DNA of 64,000 nucleotides from a virus (lineage: Duplodnaviria; Caudoviricetes), in the IMG/VR virus record IMGVR_UViG_3300021387_000682, positions 1 to 64,000 of that record; one strand, written 5' to 3'. Of the stretch, positions 57,897 through 64,000 are shown in pieces. Position 1 is the first letter of the stretch; each line of letters begins with the position of its first letter. The translations under genes and the position numbers were made by a program. The notes below the pieces were generated by a model that was not told where the DNA came from, ran no database searches, and was given only the letters and a program-made list of their open reading frames with translations.

Positions 57897-58626
57897 ACAA
57901 ATCCTTAAGCTTACCAAACAATCTATTTATCTCAGACAGATCATCGTTAGCATTGTTAGCTCTATCGCTTATAGCCTGAGTCATCAAACCAAGCTCCTTG
58001 CTGTATATGAACTCCTTAAGCTGTGCTATTATGTTTGATGGGCATTCATATGGTGCATTGTAGTCATACTCTATATAACCAGTATTGGTAAGTATGTTCT
58101 GCACTTCTGTAGGTACCTCAAATATAGCCTTAAGGTTTACAAGCTTGATGGGAAGTAATGATTCTATATACAGATAGTCTTCCTTCATGTATGCGACTAT
58201 ATCAAACTTAGTCCATTTACGATGTCTCTGTCTTACAGCCCTACTCTCTGGCATTAGCTGTATCTCCTTTCCAGATATTGTAGTGAGCTGCACTATTCCG
58301 TTCTTGAAGTGAAGGTCTATGGTCTTTGGTATCTTAGTCTTAGATCTAAACACCAACAGCTTTAAGTCTCTTCCAGATAGATCTCCATAATCAAATGGCT
58401 CCATCTCGAGTCCATTCACCTCTTGAACATATGTTTCATTCACATATCTCCCTCTATCTAGATCCTGCTTCAAAAGCATAGATCTGTATTGATGTATCCA
58501 CATCTCAATCTGATTCCTAGATATCTGCTCAGACTGTGCAATATTGTTGCCTCTGATTACATTCATGATATCCTGAATGATTGTGTTAAGGGAGTTGTAA
58601 TGTATATAACCTATGTTAGTATCCAT
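57868..58626 (-). CDS. tail ring protein (crAss-like structural)
   Basis: SLNTIIQDIMNVIR.N.....ISRNQIEMWIHQYRSMLLKQD.D.G motif recalled from crAss-like ring proteins. Confidence 0.7.
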   Translation of the reverse strand: MDTNIGYIHYNSLNTIIQDIMNVIRGNNIAQSEQISRNQIEMWIHQYRSMLLKQDLDRGRYVNETYVQEVNGLEMEPFDYGDLSGRDLKLLVFRSKTKIPKTIDLHFKNGIVQLTTISGKEIQLMPESRAVRQRHRKWTKFDIVAYMKEDYLYIESLLPIKLVNLKAIFEVPTEVQNILTNTGYIEYDYNAPYECPSNIIAQLKEFIYSKELGLMTQAISDRANNANDDLSEINRLFGKLKDLYDKRSRLDS

Positions 58627-58632
58627 TTTATT

Positions 58633-58715
58633 CGTTTTAAGACGTTTTATCTACCTTATGGAACAACTTAAGGCGCTCCATAATAGAACGCCTCAAATCG
58701 CCTAAAAATGGCCTC
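58633..58715. repeat. imperfect inverted repeat in the intergenic gap
   Basis: CGTTTTAAGACGTT (58633-46) and AACGCCTCAAATCG (58687-700), with an inner AGGCG/CGCCT pair. Confidence 0.45.
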
Positions 58716-58717
58716 AT

Positions 58718-59293
58718 TTAACGTGTTGCAGCAACACCATAAACTACGCCACCTACTATGATAGCAGAGCCAACTCCAATCCAGAACTTATTCCTGTTCC
58801 ACCAGTTGCTCTTCTTCTTAAGTTGTTTATTGAGATCTACTATGTTGTTATTAAGTTCACCTATTGTGATGCTCTTAATTGCAACTATAGAGTCTGTAGC
58901 TATAACCTTCTCTTCAAGAAGAACAACCTCATCCCTGAGTGCGTCATTAGCATTCTCAAGTGTCGTTATCACTGTATCGGCTGCTGCTATAACAGAATCG
59001 CACACATTGGTTGATTCTGTGATCGTTTCTTTAATTGTATTGTACTTAACTATAACTTTAGACTTAGCATTGTCAAGGGAGTCGGCTCTATATTTGACCC
59101 GAACAAGCTGGTCATCTAGCTCCTTTATTCTCGCCTCCATAGAGGCCGTTTTTACGCTGTCTAAGGCGTTAATAGTATCGACTGGTACAACTTTACCATT
59201 GTCACTATCACAACGCACCAAGCAGCCTAAAATAAGGCCTATTATAAACATCGCTAAGTAGTAGATAAGTACAGTCTTGATATTAATCTTCAT
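58718..59293 (-). CDS. putative spanin (N-terminal TM/lipobox, coiled coil, C-terminal TM)
   Basis: Immediately follows the holin; LILGCLVRC; long coiled coil; C-terminal FWIGVGSAIIVGGVVYGV. Confidence 0.55.
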   Translation of the reverse strand: MKINIKTVLIYYLAMFIIGLILGCLVRCDSDNGKVVPVDTINALDSVKTASMEARIKELDDQLVRVKYRADSLDNAKSKVIVKYNTIKETITESTNVCDSVIAAADTVITTLENANDALRDEVVLLEEKVIATDSIVAIKSITIGELNNNIVDLNKQLKKKSNWWNRNKFWIGVGSAIIVGGVVYGVAATR

Positions 59294-59753
59294 CTATGTC
59301 TACTCCTGTTAAGTCTTCTGCCTTGTTATTTACGAATCTCTTGATTATCCTGAATATCTTTGCATCGCTTATGTCGCACATATTCTCAAGCCAACTCGAG
59401 AACTCTACTAAGCACACAAGCAAACACATACCCTTTGTTAGCATCATAGATTCACTGTCTAATACATGGTTGTCCAGGAAGAATAGTAAGACTGCGCCTA
59501 TTACAACGCCTATTATCTTACTAATGGTATTCCATGCTTTCTTACTCTTGAACTGATACTTCTTACCAGATTTCTTAGCTCTCTTGGCGTATGCAACATT
59601 TCCTGTTACGAAGTCTACGCCAATAAATACTAGCATAAGTATAAGTATTGGTGCTATTGGGGAGAAGTATGAGCATATGAAACTTATAACATATATTAAT
59701 ATCTTGTTTATGTTAGTTAATATTGTGTTTAACATTTTATTAAAATATGACAT
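59283..59753 (-). CDS. holin (Phage_holin_4_1-like)
   Basis: Multiple TMs; LVFIGVDFVTG and LVEFSSWLENM motifs; charged C-terminus. Confidence 0.8.
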   Translation of the reverse strand: MSYFNKMLNTILTNINKILIYVISFICSYFSPIAPILILMLVFIGVDFVTGNVAYAKRAKKSGKKYQFKSKKAWNTISKIIGVVIGAVLLFFLDNHVLDSESMMLTKGMCLLVCLVEFSSWLENMCDISDAKIFRIIKRFVNNKAEDLTGVDIDED

Positions 59754-59961
59754 ACGATACTGGGTTTATTTTGTCCATAACAAACATACCTACAGTAGCA
59801 TGTATCTTTCTATTTTTGTCCGCGACTACAGGCAGTGTATCAAACTCATCCGAGATGAATTTATCTCTCATATCTGAAGATACTGTATCTGCAAACTCAC
59901 TGCCATCTATAGTTATGCAAACTACATCTTCGTCTATCTTGACGTCCCACTTGGTTATCAT
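59740..59961 (-). CDS. small hypothetical protein
   Basis: 73 aa, overlapping both neighbours. Confidence 0.55.
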   Translation of the reverse strand: MITKWDVKIDEDVVCITIDGSEFADTVSSDMRDKFISDEFDTLPVVADKNRKIHATVGMFVMDKINPVSYVIF

Positions 59962-60398
59962 ATTACCTCCCGCTCTATTCTCCTTGGGTTGTAAACAGGT
60001 CCTCTAGCAATCCTTCTATCATCACCATCGTCAGCAAAGATTGTATTCTCAAGCTCTATGATAGCTGGAGACTCTATACTATAGAGCTCACCATCCTTAA
60101 AGAACTCGATTCTAAATCTAAGCAATCCTGGATCAAACATGAAGCTACTGTCTGAGTCTATTGTAAATTCAAGTGTTCTGTCTGTATTATCTATAACAGC
60201 AATACCATTCTCAATAGATGCTGTAAATACATATCTATTCTTATTAGTGAATGCTATTATACGAATGTTGTCGTAAGATGTGAGGTCAGCAAACTCGTCG
60301 TTTATACTGCCAACCTTCATCTTAAACTTAAGCGTATCCCCTATGAATCGCTTACACACCCTTCTTTCAGGTGCCTTCTTCATTTCCTTAGGAAACAT
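59958..60398 (-). CDS. hypothetical beta-rich protein (BppU-N-like, tentative)
   Basis: IGDTLKFKMKVG...LEFTIDSDSSFMFDPG pattern of alternating strands. Confidence 0.55.
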   Translation of the reverse strand: MFPKEMKKAPERRVCKRFIGDTLKFKMKVGSINDEFADLTSYDNIRIIAFTNKNRYVFTASIENGIAVIDNTDRTLEFTIDSDSSFMFDPGLLRFRIEFFKDGELYSIESPAIIELENTIFADDGDDRRIARGPVYNPRRIEREVI

Positions 60399-60450
60399 GT
60401 TTTTAGATTTAATTAGTTATATACTTGATAAAGATAGATATATAAGTATA

Positions 60451-60855
60451 CTATCTAATCTTTAATTCCTGCCTTCTGTTTCTTGGGCTGTAACTTACAT
60501 GAACCCAATTGAAACCATATTCATCGATTAACTGATCAAATGGAAGGTTAAGCTTCTTTATTAGATCATATAGCTTCTTATTCTCCTCTGGAGTATCCTT
60601 AACTGTACGTATATCTGCAGCCTCTCCAGTTTTATGCTGACTAGTAGAACTACCTCCTACAGCCCTGTTTAACTTAGGGCATCTATAAGCTGAATCTACT
60701 ATAATAGGAGCTCCATATGCTTCTCTGAGCGGATCCAAGATTAGCTCTATAAGCAATGTGAGCCTCTTCTTAACAGCCTCAGTTGGTGTATTATCTATCT
60801 TCTTTCTAGCTGCAGTCTTTGACTTACACAGCTCATTGATTGTAAAATACTTCAT
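60451..60855 (-). CDS. endolysin, peptidase M15A family
   Basis: LDPLREAYGAPIIVDSAYRC..LN.AVGG...SQH..GEAADI and WVHVSY motifs. ATG at 60855 (MKYFTINEL) is preferred. Confidence 0.9.
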   Translation of the reverse strand: MKYFTINELCKSKTAARKKIDNTPTEAVKKRLTLLIELILDPLREAYGAPIIVDSAYRCPKLNRAVGGSSTSQHKTGEAADIRTVKDTPEENKKLYDLIKKLNLPFDQLIDEYGFNWVHVSYSPRNRRQELKIR

Positions 60856-60856
60856 A

Positions 60857-61441
60857 TTACTGTATGTTAAATACTGGCTTATCCGGATACCCGGTAGTAA
60901 AGTCATAGTTCTGAATCTCCTCAATTGTGTTCAATGCCTTTATCGCCATCTTATGCTCGAATGTTCTCTGCATACACTTTATCGCATATACTTCAACATC
61001 TTTGAATATAAGCCTCATGGTTGCAATTGGTATGTTAACAACACCAATCTTCTCATCACACAATGGATATGTGGTATTGCCTTCAGCCTCCCATTTATCC
61101 ACAGCTCTCTCTAATGCCGTTCTATCATCTTTGTCAGCCCATAAACCAACTTCTCCAAGATAGAATTCATTAACAGCAGTAGACTTATCATATGTATCCA
61201 ATTGAGCCAATCGCATCATTCTAACATCCTCTATATCCTGATTGTAGTGAACAGTTATAGATGTATCATCCTCTGTTATTGTGTAGTGGTTTGTAACTGC
61301 ACCATCCTTCACTACCATCTTGTACCCATGCTGTAGCATCAGCGCTGGGTCTGTAGTGAATACCATAGAATCACCATCTATAAGTCTATCTGGGGCGTAT
61401 TCTATACAACCGCCAACTAGTTTTCCAAATTTAGTATTCAT
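60857..61441 (-). CDS. DUF4376-like tail-fibre-associated protein
   Basis: C-terminal HKMAIKALNTIEEIQNYDFTTGYP; FYLGEVGLWADKDDR pattern. Confidence 0.7.
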   Translation of the reverse strand: MNTKFGKLVGGCIEYAPDRLIDGDSMVFTTDPALMLQHGYKMVVKDGAVTNHYTITEDDTSITVHYNQDIEDVRMMRLAQLDTYDKSTAVNEFYLGEVGLWADKDDRTALERAVDKWEAEGNTTYPLCDEKIGVVNIPIATMRLIFKDVEVYAIKCMQRTFEHKMAIKALNTIEEIQNYDFTTGYPDKPVFNIQ

Positions 61442-61887
61442 CTTTTATTAAACTTATCTTTGTAGAAATCAAATGCAATACGCTTGTACTTCCCACCAAA
61501 TATATATCTAAACTTTATATTATTATACTCGTCTTCGATGTAGTTGCCGTTTGGTGTTACAGTAATAGCTGGAAGAACAGAACTATTGTTATATGTAACT
61601 CTAGCTCTATAATCCCCGTTATCATTCAGCCCTGGTTTAACGTAATTTATTGCAGATGGGTCGTTTATTTCAAACGTACCATCGTTAATAAACTTACCAT
61701 ATGTTGGGCCAGATGGATGGTCTACGCCTTTTACGTAATCAGGTAAATGTCCTCTGGAGTCTCTAGCAATTGCATCTAATCTGTTGATATATTCGGGCCT
61801 TATGTATTCTCGGTTCGAATGCGGATCTACTCCAAATTCCATCGATGATGTACCATATGGACCACCCTTTCTATATTTGAAAACCAT
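61438..61887 (-). CDS. hypothetical protein with terminal KGG/FGG motifs
   Basis: 149-aa ORF in the operon; YRKGG at the N-terminus and YIFGGK near the C-terminus. Confidence 0.6.
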   Translation of the reverse strand: MVFKYRKGGPYGTSSMEFGVDPHSNREYIRPEYINRLDAIARDSRGHLPDYVKGVDHPSGPTYGKFINDGTFEINDPSAINYVKPGLNDNGDYRARVTYNNSSVLPAITVTPNGNYIEDEYNNIKFRYIFGGKYKRIAFDFYKDKFNKR

Positions 61888-61905
61888 AATTACAATTGTT
61901 TAAAA

Positions 61906-63192
61906 TCAACTCCAGTTGCCATAAGTGGCAAATGCCGTACTAGTATAACTCTGATAAAGTATACCACTGATCCTTTCATACATACCAACTTTACCATCCC
62001 ATTTTCTAACTGCTGGTTGGTAATCCCTTTGAAGTATGTCATCCACCCACATCTGGCACTCTCCTACTCTACCATAGTCCCTTGTGTTGCTTGCATATTG
62101 ATTATTTTGGTTCAATGCGAACAAGGTAATGATAGAGTGGCTTTGGAATGTGGTTTCGGGCATAGATGCTGATTCCACATTGCCTTCATTGTCAGTTCTT
62201 GTCCAATGGTCAGGGAATGTCTCTATTGTATAGACCTTGTTAATGTCAGCAAGACCGAACCTGTAAGCATCTGTAGCGGAGTTTGCATAGTCGTATGTTG
62301 TTCTACCTGCAGCTACTGAAGATGATGAACACAAGCGACATAAGAATTGGTTCCGACCGACTGCATCTCTACTACCAAAGATAAAGAAACGATTAGTCTG
62401 CGTTAACTGTCCTTTTATCTTTATCTTAACATTGCTACCTCCATTAATATCTGTTCTTATATATTGTAAACCAAGGTATCCTGAATCAACTGTATTTTCC
62501 AAGTAATCGTAGTAGTCGTATTCGTCAGCATAATTTCCTACGTTGAAATTATATTCGTTCTCAGAGGAGTAAAATACATTAGCAAGAACATCTAGATATC
62601 CAGTTCTCCCATCGTCTCTTCTAGCCGGTTTAAGGTTCATTACTAGCTCGGTGTCTTCATATATCTCTATAGCGCTCATCTTGACGCCTGCAATTTTATT
62701 TACAGGGCTATTAGAGCCAGCCGTACCTATCGGAGCGTCATTATGGTTAATGGCGAATAGGTACATATTGAATGGGACCGTAAACTCCGTTCCATCCCAA
62801 GTTCTTGTTTGATCTCCTGTAGCAGTGCCAGGTCTTTTTCTCACCCATTCCATAGAGGTATTAGCCGCAACTTCATACCAGTCGTAAGTATATGAATTGC
62901 CAAAATTAACCTGTCCGCCTCCATTCCTTGAAAGTATACTACCTCCTGAGTTTGTATTCTGATACCAGTACAACACTAGCGTTCTGTTGCTATTGCGACT
63001 ACCAAACAGAATGCACTCCTGCGTAATAGTAGGGACTGAGTATCTGAGTTTTAAGCGAGTTCTATTGTTCGGCTGATAAGGCAGTATTATATACTCTCCA
63101 TTACCTGTATGTTCTAGATAATCAAAGAATTCGTATGTTGTGTTTCTTCGATTACCAAGCAATGACATAAATATTCTATTTACCTTATTCAT
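61906..63192 (-). CDS. tail fibre/receptor-binding-like protein with two tandem beta-sandwich (LamG/ConA-like) repeats
   Basis: Internal duplication of the pattern (F/Y)DYLE.T...Y...FGSR...LFA.N...P..R.DG..G...Y. Confidence 0.65.
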   Translation of the reverse strand: MNKVNRIFMSLLGNRRNTTYEFFDYLEHTGNGEYIILPYQPNNRTRLKLRYSVPTITQECILFGSRNSNRTLVLYWYQNTNSGGSILSRNGGGQVNFGNSYTYDWYEVAANTSMEWVRKRPGTATGDQTRTWDGTEFTVPFNMYLFAINHNDAPIGTAGSNSPVNKIAGVKMSAIEIYEDTELVMNLKPARRDDGRTGYLDVLANVFYSSENEYNFNVGNYADEYDYYDYLENTVDSGYLGLQYIRTDINGGSNVKIKIKGQLTQTNRFFIFGSRDAVGRNQFLCRLCSSSSVAAGRTTYDYANSATDAYRFGLADINKVYTIETFPDHWTRTDNEGNVESASMPETTFQSHSIITLFALNQNNQYASNTRDYGRVGECQMWVDDILQRDYQPAVRKWDGKVGMYERISGILYQSYTSTAFATYGNWS

Positions 63193-63194
63193 GA

Positions 63195-63998
63195 CTATTG
63201 TGATATATCATACTTTGTCCATACTACATAATTGGCCTTAACTCCGATTATCCAATGCTCGTTATTACCAAAGACTGGCGTTTCTGCAAACCTAAATGCA
63301 ATAGGGAACTGTATAGTTACGGTGCCAGACGCTACGGTTGAAAACTCTATTATACAATCTGCATAGTATCTAAACGTTTTATTAGATATTCTTTGAGTAG
63401 CGTAGTGTATTGTATTTGTCCTTAAATCAGTTGTTCCTCCATCTGTAAACTGCTCAGTATATGTAACCATATCACTAAGCCTATGACCATTTAAGTACAT
63501 TCTATCATCTGGAGCTAATGTACCATCATCAACCGTCACAGTTCCTGCTCCGTCATTTACATTCAACTCAACCTCGTTATATTGGGTCTCATTGTCATCA
63601 TACAATGTTCTTATGATAAGCGCATCACTTCCCATTGCATCGCGTAATGAAACCTCACCAGTATCTGGATAAGACTCTCCAGGGTATGGCTTTTGTACTC
63701 TTGCAGTAAGCAGGTCGGAGTATCCACCATTCTGAAATGATGTATAGTATTCGACCTCTTCATATCCATTGTATGAGCCATCCCTGTCATCTGCCACATT
63801 TGTCCTATACGAATAGATAAGATTATATCCGCTATTATAGATATCTGTGCTTATTGTAGACGTTAAATATGTATGACCGTTTCTTCTTGCCGTGTTTCTA
63901 CCCAATCTTGTATACCAGAAGTCGTTACCCTGTGGGGTTCTACCCTCAAGATACCATGTTGGAGTAAAAGCTGTATCGTTAACCTGCACATTAGGATA
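63195..63998 (-). CDS. tail fibre-like structural protein, 5'-truncated by the window edge
   Basis: Frame is open to the edge (YPNVQVNDTAF...); T/D/Y-rich; adjacent to a fibre gene. Confidence 0.6.
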   Translation of the reverse strand, partial: YPNVQVNDTAFTPTWYLEGRTPQGNDFWYTRLGRNTARRNGHTYLTSTISTDIYNSGYNLIYSYRTNVADDRDGSYNGYEEVEYYTSFQNGGYSDLLTARVQKPYPGESYPDTGEVSLRDAMGSDALIIRTLYDDNETQYNEVELNVNDGAGTVTVDDGTLAPDDRMYLNGHRLSDMVTYTEQFTDGGTTDLRTNTIHYATQRISNKTFRYYADCIIEFSTVASGTVTIQFPIAFRFAETPVFGNNEHWIIGVKANYVVWTKYDISQ

Positions 63999-64000
63999 TT

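Noticed and set aside
1-64000. Stop-codon reassignment (TAG or TGA), common in some crAss-like phages
   Set aside because: ORFs of 5843, 3164 and 2125 aa are intact in code 11. TAG and TGA end genes at natural boundaries (e.g. 6781-83, 9439-41). No suppressor tRNA is seen.
1-64000. CRISPR array, DGR, integrase/transposase, inteins or homing endonucleases
   Set aside because: No regularly spaced repeats were seen by eye. No RT (YxDD), recombinase, intein-terminal, or LAGLIDADG/HNH motifs were recognised.

Overview
This window is a 64-kb segment of a crAss-like (Crassvirales-type) dsDNA phage, probably infecting Bacteroidota. The host inference rests on TTTG-N20-TAnnTTTG promoters and A-rich, Shine-Dalgarno-less gene starts. 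The standard genetic code is used. The + strand (1-17.8 kb) carries early, replication and nucleotide-metabolism genes: a YqeY-like protein, a replisome-organizer-like protein, DnaB, an AAA ATPase, an SSB-like protein, primase, a MoxR/VWA pair, a PD-(D/E)XK exonuclease, a ThyX-DUF3310 fusion and an ECF-like sigma factor. It also carries tRNA-Arg(CCU), two abnormal tRNA-Leu-like RNAs (one circularly permuted) and a hairpin-dense, mostly non-coding region at 1.75-3.2 kb. The - strand (17.8-64 kb) is the virion block: fibre proteins, lysis cassette, ring, hub and muzzle tail proteins, two cargo proteins, a 5843-aa virion RNA polymerase (DFDID motif) and a 3164-aa cargo protein with polyvalent-type enzymatic modules. 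The most unusual signals are the tRNA-mimic RNAs, the structured non-coding region, the nucleotidyltransferase/zincin module of the giant cargo protein, the ThyX-DUF3310 fusion and a His-rich insert in a tail ring protein. All family assignments come from motif recognition by eye. No database searches or folding computations were run.
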